Shown here piece after piece: positions 52,201 through 64,000 of a stretch of 64,000 bases of DNA; the first letter of the stretch is position 1; each line of letters starts with the position of its first letter. The translations under genes and the position numbers were made by a program. The notes below the pieces were generated by a model that did no database searches, was not told the origin of the DNA, and saw nothing but the letters and a program-made list of their open reading frames with translations. Source of the stretch: Gnetum montanum (Eukaryota > Plantae > Gnetophyta); contig MNCI01003262.1 in assembly GCA_015680685.1 (NCBI GenBank), positions 32,020-96,019 on the forward strand, read 5' to 3'.

Positions 52201-55200
52201 TATTTTGCACATTTCCCACAATTTATCTAATAGAAATCATTGATACGAAACTTTTTGTACATCTAACATTCTATACATTGTTAGTTGTAACGAGCACAAA
52301 CATGGCATAGCTACTATGCTAAAAATTGATATTTTGATTGAAACAAGAAAAATATGGTCTCACAAGGTATCTTTTTAATTGTTTAACATTAAAATTTCAA
52401 AAAGCTAGGATTGGAATTAAAAAACTAATTGTAGATCTATAGTGTAGCTATAAAATGAGTTAGTCCACTAAATTTGAATGCAATTTGACAACTTTGAATT
52501 TTTGATGTATCTTTAAATCATTAAATATTCAATAAATTAAAAATTCTAACTAAACATGAAAATAAACCATGTATCCNNNNNNNNNNNNNNNNNNNNNNNN
52601 NNNNNNNNNNNNNNNNNNNNNNGTGGGTGGGTTGGGGGAGTGATGGGTAGTGGGGTAGGTGTTGATGCAAACGTGGGTATGGCTGCTGGTTCTAGTGAGG
52701 GGGTCGGTGTCGATGATTGTGGGAAGGTTGGTCTCAGAGGAGGTGATGTCAGGGGTGATGGTTCAACGGTGGGTTTGGGCTTGTTGGGCATGGGTTGGCG
52801 ATCGGGGGATGGGGCCATTGAAGCTCGCTCCCAGAACGAAGGGGCAATGTGGCATCAGGTGCATGGGCCACTAGGGGACAGGGTTCGTACTATGGAGTGT
52901 AGCTTGATAGGGCAGTTTGTGTCATCTAGGGTCTGACCTAAATTGTATTTGATTTGGCAGTGGGCCTTTGACGCTTGGGGGTTAAAAGAGGTGGAGGTTT
53001 GTAGCCTTTCTGAGGACCTTCGGTTATTCATTTTTAAAACATTGGAGGATTGTGATAAGGTGCTTCTAGGGGGTTGTAGTTTTACGGTGCCAAAGGGCTT
53101 GCGCTTACGTCGTGGAGATCGGGGGCTCATCGGGAGGTGGACCTCTTCTCTAAGGCGTTGGTTTCGATATGCATTTCTGGGATTCCCTGGGAGATGTGGT
53201 GTTTGGATTTTCCAAGAACTCTTGCTGGTTTATTTGGGGAGTTCATCTCATTTGATAGATTCATGGCCTCCATGGAGAGGATGGGGTTTGCTTGTTTTTG
53301 TGTGTGGAGGTCCTTATCTTCTAAGGACGTGGTTAAGGAAATTGTTTTGGAGTTCCTAATGGGTGAGGAGATAATCCGAGTCAAGTATGAGAACTTGGTT
53401 GCAGAATAGACGAACTCTATTCCATTAGGGAGTAGTTGTCCAATATGTGGTCAGAGCAGACATGGAGCAGGTACTTGTCGGGCAAAAGCAAGGCCCCTCC
53501 AAAGGTACTGATGCCTAAGGATGGAGAATGGATATGGGTGGGGTGTTGGGGGCATCTGACATTGACCCAGGTAGTTGATGATCACGGGGTGCATGTGCTG
53601 CATGGTGTTGGGGTTGGTATGGGCAGGGACAATCTTTGCGAGGGGTTTGTTGTCTCCCTTGTTGCATCTCCAATCCCATTGGGGTATTGGGTTTTGGTTG
53701 TTTGAGGGGGTCCTATGCCCCTTATGTTTGAAGCTACCCCACATGATCTAGGGGGGGTTGGTTGTTTTCTTGTTTTGTTGGGGTCAGGCAGGACTGGATG
53801 ACTCTTTGGTCCACTTCCCTATGGAAAGAAGACGTAGCTGGATATTGACGTAGGAATCCAACCGACATTGAAACAGGTCTATAAGAAGTGCTCTACGGGT
53901 CACGCATGAAGATTCTGTCCTGGAATTGTAGGGGTCAAGGTACACCCTATAAAAGAAATACCCTGAAAGAGATTGTGCAAAGTGAGGCGTGTGATGTGCT
54001 TTGCATGTAGGAAATGAAGTTGCAGGCTTTAGAGGCTTATCATCTGTGGTGGGAGGGGTGGAATCTGTAGATGGTGCCATGTTAGGGGCATGCATGGGGC
54101 TTGGTGGTCCTAGCTAATTCAATGATGAACTTGATGGATTCTTTCGATTGGAGAATTACAGTGAGTCTCCCTTCAATTAGGGTTTGGTTGACTAATTTCT
54201 ATGGGGCCCAAATGTGGGAGCTTAGGTTAGAAGCTTGATTGGGTGGCGGCTTTGGTTCCTGACAAATGATGTTGGGTCATGTCGGGGATTTCAACCAGCG
54301 CCTGCACCCTTGGGAGAAGTCTGAGATAGACAACTTTGTTTCTTTGAGGGCCTAGAAATTCCAGAATTTCTTGGAGATGCACACCCATGTGGATATGGAA
54401 ATTGCAAATTGTTGTTCACATGGAGCAACATGAGACACGGCAAGAATTGGGTACTTTCTACGATCAACTGGGTTTGGGTTAGTTTTGAATTTTTATTGCA
54501 GTATGATGTCCATGTTTCTGGGAAGGAATGGCAAGCATTGGATCATTGGTCCATTGTTTGCAGTCTTGGGGGGCACCGCCAAGGGCTTCCTCCTCCGTTT
54601 CGATCTGAATGCTCTTGATTGCTTAAGCCTTGGTTATGTCCTGTTGTGGAAGAGATTTGGGCCGGGGGNNNNNNNNNNNNNNNNNNNNNNNNNNNNNNNN
54701 NNNNNTCTTTGGGATGGACTGCTCAAGTTGAAATGGGCCATCAGGTCATAAACCTTTGGAGATAAGTTTTCATTTTGGACTTGTCGAAGAGATCTGCAGG
54801 CTAGACTATAGGTGATCCAAGTGCAGCAGGAATTGGGTGCCTACTATCACAATGAGGAGGAGGACCTCTTGAAATAGCTTTAAGCTTTGGACTTGGAGGA
54901 GGAGAATTATTGGCGACAATGGTCTAGAGTCCATTGGCTTAGGGAGGGGGACTAGCAGATGTAGTTTTTTCTCATTGTTGCCAAGTCTAAAGGCTAGGTT
55001 AAGAAAGCTCCTCATCTTTTGTAGGATGGGCTTTCTATTGAGGATCCTTGAGATGTTGCACAAATTCTGGGGAAATACTAGGGGGTATTTGGACAAAGAG
55101 GCAAACAAATCTAATCTTTGTAGCGATTTTGAGGGTGCTGGATGCAGAGGAAAATATGTTATTATTGGCTCCTTTTACCATGTAGGAGCTAAAGGCAGCT

Positions 55201-58200
55201 ATGGCTTCTATGAAAGGTGGTAAGGCTCATGGGCCATATGGGTGGCATATCAAATTCTTTTGGGAGTCTTCAGCCAAATATCTTGGAAGCTTTTAATTTG
55301 ATGTTGACTAGAAGACAAGTGAGATGGGAGATTAACTACTCCAAAATTGTTTTCATTCCTAAGCTGTCGGTTTCATTGGAGCCTGCTCATTTTAGACCTA
55401 TTGGGGTTTGTAATGTGCTAATTTGGGTTTTTTCGAAGTTGCTAGTATGATGTTTAGTCCCTATAGTGCCAAAGGTTGTTGGGGAACATCAGCAAGATTC
55501 GTAATGGGTCGATTTGTACAAGATCAAGTAATTTTGATGCAAGAGGTTATTCATACTTTGTGAGACACAAAATTCCCATGGATGTGCTTGAAACTCAATA
55601 TCACAAAGGCACATGATATAGTTAGTTGGGAGGTGCTTTGCACCTTTGAAGATGAAAGGGTTTGATCCAGACTTCATTTGCCTGTGCATCCACATCCAGG
55701 AGTCTAGGGCTTTTTCTTTTGATGTTTTCTTTTGTGTGGGGGGGGGGGGGGGGGGGGGAGGTTGGAAGATTGTGGGGGTTATCATCCCTTGGTCGAGGGT
55801 TGAGGCAAGCGGACCCACTCTCTCCTTTGCTTTTCATCATCGTGATGGGTCTTCTTCAGTATTATTGTAAGGTTGAGCGGGTGCGTGGGCTTGAGATTGC
55901 AAGGGTTGAGTGTCTGACTGAGCACTATGCTGATGATACCATGTTTGTTTCCAGGGCAGCGGTTCCTGAGGCATGGAGGATTGATTAGGCTCTTTAGCAT
56001 TTGGCCTTGGAACTTGGATTGGAAATAACTCGGGGGAAGTCTTCGCTTCATCTTGTTAGTGTCAATCCTAGAGTGGGGAGTAGTATTTCATAGGTCATGG
56101 GAATTTTACCGAGCACTGCGCAGGACTCGTATTTGAGCATCCCTTTGTTTGAATGGGGGAGGAAACAAATGTGGCAGAAGTTGATTTAGAAAATGGAAGC
56201 TTGGATGGGACACTGGATCAACCGCTTCTTTACTAGGAAGGTAAGGATTTTGCTGGCTTTGGGGGTTCTATCTGCTATCATGAGATTTGTGGTTTTTGTG
56301 GCAGTCCCTCCGCAGGCCATTATTTAGAAGCTCAATCAATTAATATGTAACTTTGTTTGGTCTGGGGGGAGAAGGGGCAGTCAAATGCATTTAGTTAGTT
56401 GGGAGATTGTCACATGGCCTTGGGAAGCAGGGAAGTTGGGAATTTTCAAATTTGAAGATGAGCTTTTGATGAGGTGTCAACGGTTACTAACATGAGTTGT
56501 CCAAAATTAGGTGGGGGCCACCCAATGGATTAAAATAATGACACGTAAGTATTGGTGTTGGGAAGTGGGGCAACGTGACTCGTTGCTATGGAAGACACTT
56601 TGTGAATATGCACAATTTTCTTTGGTGCAGGGTTTGATGGGGGTGCCTCCATGGCAGTTTCTCCAGGAGTTGTATCCATCGGTGGATGGCTAGAAGGGCA
56701 TTTGGCAGGGCCAGTTACTGGAGAAAATCAAAACCTTCCTTTGGCTAATTGTGCATAATGCGCTCCTTGTGCATGTGGTTTTAAGACAGCGGGGGCTACA
56801 GATTAATGATGAATGTCCATTATGCTTTGGTAGCCCTGAGACGGTCATACATTTTTCTTATAAATGCTTGTACATGCGGGACATTTGGCAGGCTATAGCT
56901 TTGCATGGCCATGTAAAGTTAACGGGGGATTCTCAAGTGGCGTATATTTTATGGGAGATTTGGAAGATTCGAAATCGTGTTATCTTTAGGCTTCAACATG
57001 TGCCACTACTTGCGCAAGTCTTGCTTCATGCCATTGTGCGTGGCAGGAAGTGAATGCTGCTATGGGTGTGATGCCTACATATGAGCTGGCTTGTGTGGTG
57101 TATTGGGCGAATCGGGAACTTTGGAGACTTGTGGAGCAGGTTGGGTGGGCTGAGGTCCTACCTCATTTGGAAGGGGACCCGACATTAGCTAATGATTCCT
57201 TATTTATGAAATGAAGTGGGGATGCCACGGTGTTTTGTGGGACTTAGATTGTGTTGATTGAGGCGGTGTTGGCTTTATACCTGGGGACCTTAGCCATGGG
57301 GAAAATGGTGCTGTCAACGGCATGTGGATTACATGATGTGGAAATGTTCTTCATTGGTGCTGTGTCATGTACTAGTAGTGGCCAAGTGCTAAAATTGGTG
57401 TTGCCGCTGATCTAGAGATAGGCAGCTAAGTTGGTGGACCGGTTTTTTTCTAGTTTGGAAATGCTTCTAAACTCCAGAGTGTGCATTTCGCACTTTTAAA
57501 GTGCATGTGCCTCGGATGTTGTGTAAACCTTCCTAAGTTTTTTTTGGAGGCACTGTGCAAGTAACGTAGAAGTCACCACTTGAGGTTACTCTGCACACTT
57601 TGGTGGGCTGCATTGTTGAGGTAGCCGCAGGGGCCACGACCTAGACCTGCGCTGCTGTGTAAAGTCATTCACTCTTGTTGGTTGACGTTGCAGAGGGGAG
57701 CTAGTTACATGCCTGCTATGGTGGTTCTGGTTGTCAATGATCTCAAGGGTTCCAACTTGTTTGTGGGTCTCTCCTCCCCCACTGCGATGTAAATTATCCT
57801 CACTTTTATTTTGTAATATAATCCTGAACATTCTCTCAAATTTTTTTTTCTAGCTAGACTTTGCCATGCTATTATATGTATGTATGTATGTGTATATATA
57901 TATATATATCTTAAAGTAATAAATAATTAGATAAAAATTAGAAATAAATAGTAATCTTTACTATGTTACCTAAACAAAAGTCTTCATATTACTTAGAAAC
58001 ATTAGGCACATTTATAAATATATATATGAGCATTAAAACAAGTAAAAGTATTTAATAGAGTACTAAGGTCACATTTTCATATATGGGGCACTACAACGGG
58101 TTTCTTTGGGAGCAAGCTTATAGGTAGAATAGGGGATGTTGTTTTCTCTATTATTCTGGTATACTATGTACTAGATACTGAACTGATGTATCTTGGGGTG

Positions 58201-60777
58201 GACTTCAACCCTCTGTTGGGGTGGGCTTCAACCCCCAATTTTGGTCCGGTTTTTATGTGGGTTTTCTGCTCACACTGGTTCGAATTTTATTTCTTTGTTA
58301 ATGTAACCTGAACTTTCTTAAATTTTTTTTTTCTGATTCAAACATCATTATCATCAAGAGCATTAAAATCTAAGAGTAGAAACATGAGGACATGAATATC
58401 AACCATAAACTAGGAGTGAAGCCATACCACAATTTGAAAGTCGAACTGGGCTTTAAAGAAGACGACAGTAGGGTTTAATGCTAAGGAAACAGAACAAAAT
58501 ACTTATGAATTACATTGAGAGTACAAAGACTAATGCCCTTTTTTTAATTTACATGAACAATAACACAGAGACGCTAGGTGTGCAGGGAAATTTATTGAAT
58601 TCGAACCCTGATTTTTGTTTTAATATAACAGAGGACAGATTTTAAATGCGACTGTTTATATTTTTTTCAGTGGAATCACAGACTAAAAACAGAGAATAAG
58701 AACCATAAAAAGAAATAGTCTCTAGGATTGAGTTGATCAATTTGGGGAAGACCATATTTCAGGTTTGGATTGTTGTTCATCTAGAAACTTTAAAATTATT
58801 GTCCTGCCAACAGTCTCAAATCTCAGGTTACAACAAGTCGAAGGTGTTGTCAAAAGCCTCCAAGAAGGTTAGAGAAAGATAGTCCTTAGAATTATTTCCA
58901 GTAGTTTTTAAAATCAGCTGGAAATAGCTTCCAACAATAGCAGCAAGGGCAGCCTTCCATGCCTCCTTCACGAAGCTGCAATGACCACTCAAGACATCCG
59001 AATATGCAGCCCAAAGGACAAGCTATGAAGAAGAAAAGTACAGCCACATTCATTCTCCTCTCTCTTCATCACTCCTCAAACTAGCATAGTCGTACCTCAC
59101 TTAGCAAAAGGTAAAAACAAGAGCATTCCCCTCTATTTATAGGATGATGGAGATCCCAAGGCTTGGGCAAGGACTTGTGGATAGAAATTTACACAATAGG
59201 CAACATCTAGACAATCCATTTTCCAAGAATCTTTTTTTATTCATGATTTGATGATTGCTTAACTTAGGCAAGAAAGCTTTTGCATGGATAGTGAGAGTGA
59301 CAGCACCTAGGAGAGCCACATGTCCCTATTAAATGAGTTCTTTATCCTTTTATAGCCATTAATATGAAGTAGACAATATACAAATTAAAAATAAATGTCA
59401 TCATAAGCATATAAAAAAAGTAACTTTAAGTACACATCTCCATTCTATTTACTTTTTCTCATTGACTTTTCACTTGTAGCCCCCTTTTTCAGCTTGTTTT
59501 AAGTCACTTTATAAGACTAAGAGGGTTTATAATTTAGTTTCGGCCTTTAACTTATTTTTCATGATTACTATATTTTGGCTACGCCATGCACTCTCCCCCT
59601 CTCCAACCAAATAGTAGAGAAACCAAAATCCGAGCCAAGGGGGAGAAACCACAAACCTAGGCAACCCAAAACCTGTCCACTCCAGTGGACCCCAAAAACA
59701 ATAGGGAAGCATCCCTACAATGCAAGAAAGGGGAAAAAAAACTGTCAGAAAGGCCCAAGCCCAACTGACGACAAACCCTAACCCAAAGACACAAGAAGGA
59801 GGACTCCACTAGTGGGCCCTACAGCTACCTAGGCAACCTAGTGCATGGGCATATAGCCCATTCTTGAGAATGGATCACATCTAATACCGCCTGATGCCTC
59901 TCAGTGTCCATAAATGCCGCAACTTGTTGGAATTCCATAATTTTATTGTTTCCCAGTACATAATAGATTACATGATATAATTGGCATTGATTTAAGCTCT
60001 CCACTGCCCTTAACTATATTCATTTAATAATACTTCTTTTCATAACTTTTATTGTTATATGCAGATTGTTACAAGGGCACTCATGGTTGTCTATCTTCTG
60101 AACCTTCTTGAAAATGATTTTTGTTGCCGCTATGAGGTTTTCAAGTGTGAGATCTATAATTGAACTGTGTACCATTAGTACGTTCTATAAAATTGAATAC
60201 ATTCATGCTTTTTCATTTAAAAAACTGACCATAAATAATTTTTTTGTATTCACAGCCAATGAGCAGTGGTCACTATTAAGAGACTCCCATCTCAACCAAA
60301 TATTGGTAGTTTCGTAAAATCGACAGCAGTGGTTTCCTTAATTGGTTCTAATGGAAAACAACAGCTGAAATAAGTTATTTTTGTTGGAAATTTTTGTTGT
60401 TTTGAAGGGTTCACAGAGAACAAGCTTCGTACATCTTGTCAAGTCATCTTTACGTATAATTGCCACAGAAATAAGGTTTTACGACATTGATATGTACAAT
60501 GGGTTGAATGATTTATCAACTCCCAACAAATTTGGTGAGGCTGATGATCACACAATGTTTCTGGCCAATGAAGAAATCAAACATATGCTCTATTTTTCAT
60601 TTCAGAGATTCTTGATCCTGGTAAAAACTTAATTTTTTCCTCATACATTAGTTATATACTATTGTATTTTTTGTATATTGATCTAAACTATAGTCTTATG
60701 TTGCAGATGATCAAACTAGACATGGTTAAGAGGTTATCAGATGAAAAGGGGCAGACAACACGAGCAGATGGTTCAAG
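37273..60777 (+). CDS. SNI1: SNI1-like protein (Suppressor of NPR1-1 inducible 1; NSE5/NSE6-type subunit associated with SMC5/6), 3'-incomplete
   Basis: Exons 37273-37378, 37504-37570, 37877-37970, 38054-38116, 38202-38291, 50854-50964, 60065-60146, 60256-60305, 60408-60620, 60707-60777, all GT-AG and phase-consistent. Segments EENILAMLD, FLNAVRG, KMHAAVFRIF..SFQLLTDL, VWSPF, YLLNLLENDF..WSLLRDSHLNQILGS and LMIKLDMVKRLSDEKGQTTRADG are collinear with Arabidopsis SNI1 as recalled (EANTLAMID, KMYQAIFRIL, AWSPF, WSLLKESFLNLLLAS, TSRGDG). Confidence 0.85.
39440..44630 (-). mobile_element. Rearranged, diverged L1-type LINE (copy C) in SNI1 intron 5
   Basis: ORF1 with DUF4283/CCHC-like APIWIHIP...VEYKNIPP*CKPC..H...C (43800-44300) and endonuclease (42600-43200). 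The RT core is missing and 42171-42600 is inverted. The zf-RVT region is followed by KLWDLVQ..GW..DGLLLKLKGD..FHRNW..IYRNDSIPL. Confidence 0.75.
45164..47030 (-). mobile_element. 5'-truncated L1-type LINE consisting almost entirely of the ORF2 extension (copy D)
   Basis: Starts GDSQATTVLWALWKAHN, then the extension domain (46439-46900), coiled coil (45700-46050), His/Cys module (45450-45700) and poly(A) at about 45164-45173. Confidence 0.85.
47421..50032 (-). mobile_element. 5'-truncated L1-type LINE with ORF2 extension (copy E), TSD-flanked
   Basis: RT (GLRQGDPLSPLLFIL, HYTDD), zf-RVT (WRGRPPEKIKAFTWLIAHNVLP), extension ORF 48301-48828 and poly(A). 16-bp TSD TATCTGTAGAATTCTT at 47405-47420 and 50033-50048. 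Confidence 0.92.
51715..52200. repeat. Dispersed repeat, copy 1 (LTR/MITE-like, minus-strand CCTATAAATAGAGGGG)
   Basis: Direct, diverged copy at about 59060-59545 with shared blocks CCCCTCTATTTATAGGATG and GAGAGCCACATG..CCCTATTAAATGAG..GCCATTAATATGAAGTAGACAAT. Confidence 0.65.
52623..57840 (+). mobile_element. Near full-length L1-type LINE (copy F): ORF1, APE-RT-zf ORF2, internally deleted extension
   Basis: ORF1 DUF4283-like (52900-53400); endonuclease MKILSWNCRG at 53906; RT FRPIGVCNV, QADPLSPLLF, HYADD; zf-RVT; LWEIWKIRN; extension closely similar to copy B; same 3' terminus TAATATAATCCTGAACATTCTCTC. Confidence 0.92.
58083..58332 (+). mobile_element. Short 3'-UTR fragment of the L1 family
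   Basis: GGGGTGGACTTCAACCC and TTAATGTAACCTGAACTTT resemble the 3' UTR and terminus of copy D. Confidence 0.45.
59060..59545. repeat. Dispersed repeat, copy 2
   Basis: Direct similarity to 51715-52200. Confidence 0.65.
59550..59937 (-). mobile_element. 3' fragment of the extended L1 family (His/Cys module plus 3' UTR)
   Basis: The minus strand encodes EFQQVAAFMDTERHQAVLDVIHSQEWAICPCTRLPR, homologous to the ends of copies B and D. Confidence 0.7.
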
Positions 60778-61599
60778 GTAATTTTTTGTATAGGTCAAAA
60801 TAATTTTCTTAATGAAAAATAAGATTTGAAGTATAACCAAAATTGTCTTGCGATCTTAGAGATCTGGCAAGTGACACAATTCATGTGCCTTTGCATCTGG
60901 TTTCAAAACTAATATTATTTGTAATACATCATCATCATGATAGTTATAATACATAAAATAAAATAATCTTTTCAGTGAATGGATCCATTCCTTACTTTGG
61001 AAATGCAAATTTTAATGATTTAAGCTTTAAAGGCCTGGCCAGTGAATCTTATTTTGTATCTCACTTTCACTTTTCAACTTCTTATTGGTAGGTACCGTAC
61101 TTCCTTTAAATTTCTTTCTATGCCTTCAAAACATTGAAGATTTCTTTCCTTCCAAAGTTCAAGGATCCCATTTGCTAGCAAAGAAATGCAAATTTTGTTA
61201 GTACACTATTTTTAAGTCCATGCCTAAGTCGTTGCTAGATTTTGGTATTATGAAATACGGATTTGTAGTTGTCCAAACTTTATTCCAAATATGAACAATT
61301 GCACCAAGGCATAAAGACATGGTTATCATCATCATACATTCTTATAAAAATATTGTCGACCAACCATCATCCTCTTTTGTTTCATTAATTTATATGTTAA
61401 AATCCTTCATTTTCTTGCCATCTAAAATAAACACACTACCTTTTGAAACAAGGCTTACTTTCTTTCAACAATTTGCTTCCATTTCTATTTAACCTATGTG
61501 CAATGTACCATGTACCGCTGTAACTTAGTTTTTCAAAATAGTCTTACCATCATGAGATTTCATAAATGATTTTTAATCAATATATCTGTTTACCTATAT

Positions 61600-63130
61600 A
61601 AAGTGCATTACTAAGATGGATAATTTTAGTGGTTGGTTCTTGTTTTATTATATTGAAAAACCATAAATCTAAACAGCTTTTAAATATGTGCTTATTCTCT
61701 TTTTGCATGATGTACTGGATGAATCGGTTAAATGCAATTTCATACCAAAAGAAGGCTCTAGTAAGAAGTTTGATACAGAGTTTGTGTTCCTTTTGAATAA
61801 GATGAATAAACTTCATATGGAAGGGAGAAAAACCCTGGAAGTTATTAATGAGCTTGAAGAAATAAAAGAAATCTTTGTCAAAGATTAGAAGTAGCATTAC
61901 ATTATTTGGGCCTTTCTTATAAAATATGCTCAACTGGTTCTTGCTTACAATCATGTTCTTAGAACACTATTAATAGATAGTAGGTAGAAGGTATGGATAT
62001 TCACCGAAACTCCAATAGATCTTGACAAGCAATAGGCAATGAGATTCAAAGAGCAAGGGCAAGCCAATAAAGCAATCCCAGATTGACCGAAAGAATGAAA
62101 GTCAAGAAGTAAAATAGAGCTTTGACTAGAAAAAGAACATGACTTGCAAAAGATGTCATAAAAGGGCCTTTATGTAGCGGAGTGAAAAACTCCATGTGAT
62201 TAGATTAAGAAAAAAAGGTCGGGCACGTTAGGTTGAGGAGACTAGGTAGGAGTTGGGCTTCAATAATAATGACCATGGCTTTGCAACATTTGCGAGTCTT
62301 GTTGGACAGAGAACAACTAAGATGTTCTAGACTTGAAAATTGGTCAGTGACCAAGATGATGTTATTAATTGTGCAGATTCTACAACATGTGAATTTGACT
62401 ATTGGATTATGAATATGCAAACAGTTTAGCATAGGATACCTAGAAAAGTCTTGTTTTACAAATTTAACAGAGGTTATTATGGATCAGTGAAGATGTTCAA
62501 TATAAACTGGCAACCACTTAAAGGCATAGGAACCATGCTAATCAAATCTTACAATAAAGCAAAAGGATTGTAGGTGACAAATGTCCCATACAACCCTAGT
62601 TTGAAACAAAATCTTCTCATGGAAGTAGGTTGGTCAGAAAAGTTTTTGACATAAGCATGATAATAATGGATGGGAATGAAGATGTGGCAAAGAGTAACAT
62701 TAAGTATTCCACAAGTTAGCTAGAAGGTGAGCTTATGTTCTTGAACAATAGAGCACTAATAAATTGGGAATGATAAGCTATTTTGCTACATACACGACAT
62801 ATAATTCAGATGCCAAATCAAATGAACTCTTTTAGGAAATACTTTGGCATGCTAGACTACAACATGTTCCTTTGAAAAGGATTTCTAGTCTCAATGATGT
62901 TCCAAAGGATTTGCAAGTGAAGAATATATAGTGTGAGGATTGCATAATGAGCAAAGCAGAGTAGTAAGGGTCTATGTGAAGGTTGAAATTGGTATACTCT
63001 AATATGTAACTCAATGTTGATAAAGATGCTTTGAGGCAATCATTAGTTGATTACCTTCACTGATGACTACACCAAAAAATTATAAATTTAATACTATGTT
63101 TTCTTGTAGTCTTGAATGATTTGTATCTCT
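61600..63130 (+). mobile_element. Ty1/copia gag-protease-integrase remnant
   Basis: UBN2-like LLNKMNKLHMEG..EVINELEEI; protease-like WIMNM; GAG-pre-integrase CEDCIMSK at about 62932; integrase TFTDDYTKK at about 63053. Confidence 0.65.
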
Positions 63131-63294
63131 CAATAGGTAGATGGATTCCTACTTATAGGATTTTACAGGGGCCAAGTTGTACATCATGGGACCAAATTAA
63201 TTTCACGTAGGAAATTGGAAAATACAATATTTTTAATAAGTATTGGGACCATTATTCATTATAACCACCCATCAAATACTTAAAGATTCATTTT

Positions 63295-63576
63295 TTTTGT
63301 TTTTTGGAAAAAAAAGTTGAGCTATATTCATCCAAAAAATAAAAAAATAAAAAAAACTGTACAAATGGACAGCATGGGTCAGTGACCCCATGCCCCCGAG
63401 CAATACAAAACATTTGGATCAGAATTCTTCTGCCACCATATTCCCTGCCAGGGACCTGGGCCAGAAACCCTCCCCCCGCGGCAAGAACCCTGCACCCCCA
63501 CAGCCCAGCCTAAGCCACTGCGTTGCCCCTAGAATTACATGCAAAAATAGGGCCAAACCCCATGGGGAATACATAC
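63295..63576 (-). mobile_element. Very short 5'-truncated L1-family insertion
   Basis: GC-rich 3' UTR, TTGTAC motif and A-rich tail on the minus strand. Candidate 11-bp TSD AGATTCATTTT at 63284 and 63577. Confidence 0.6.
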
Positions 63577-64000
63577 AGATTCATTTTGGAAGGGCATGTC
63601 CTTTCATTTTTCTTCATCAAATTTTATTTTATTTTTAAATTAAAATGCTACAACATATGAAGCATAAAAAACATGGTATAGGGTTCATGAGGACCTTATT
63701 AATTAATTTATTTTTATCGTCTTCCTTAATGCAACCTAATTTTCCATCACTTGCAGGGATTTCAAAATACAATTCTTGGAATTTGCAAGTAGGTGGTTAT
63801 CCTAGTTGCCAAAGCAACAACAAATTGCACTTTGAAGACAACAGTGTTAACAAGAACCACCATTTGTACAATTTCAACAGCTAAAACAACATGGGGTGTA
63901 GGACTTATATTCTGATTTCAATGAAGAGGGTCATGGACTGGGAGCATCATAAAGCCCGTTAGCTTCTTAAGGATCTTAAGTTAAATGAAGTTGACAAGTT

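Noticed and set aside
57047-57065. TGAATG stop-start suggesting a separate ORF3 in LINE copy F
   Set aside because: It is caused by a 1-nt deletion in this copy. Copies A, B, D and E read through in frame.
60476-60607. Possible extra intron creating a 13-nt micro-exon in SNI1
   Set aside because: The frame is open across 60408-60620, so one continuous exon is more parsimonious.
63757-63805. Possible next SNI1 exon after TTGCAG (reads R-DFKIQFLEFASRWLS*)
   Set aside because: It is phase-compatible but lacks the expected TPxMExILDEL-like sequence and would truncate the protein. The true exon probably lies beyond the window.

Overview
Repeat-rich land-plant nuclear DNA, AT-rich, with spliceosomal GT-AG introns and four multi-base N gaps plus isolated Ns. 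Two + strand host genes can be rebuilt exon by exon. One is a complete 10-exon ALG9 alpha-1,2-mannosyltransferase (21820-34917, about 583 aa). The other is an SNI1-like SMC5/6-associated gene (37273 to at least 60777; its 3' exons were not found in the window). Both have 9-12.5 kb introns packed with retroelements. The first 20 kb holds a degenerate Athila-like Ty3/gypsy element, two copies of a TG...CA fold-back element, an L1 LINE and a Ty1/copia remnant. The main observation is an L1-type LINE family present as six substantial copies plus short 3' fragments. Its ORF2 continues in frame past the RT/zf-RVT region, where plant L1s normally end or carry RNase H. The extension runs up to about 450 aa: a domain resembling LTR-retrotransposon accessory proteins, a coiled coil and, in some subfamilies, a conserved His/Cys module. 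Family assignments come from recalled motifs, not database searches.
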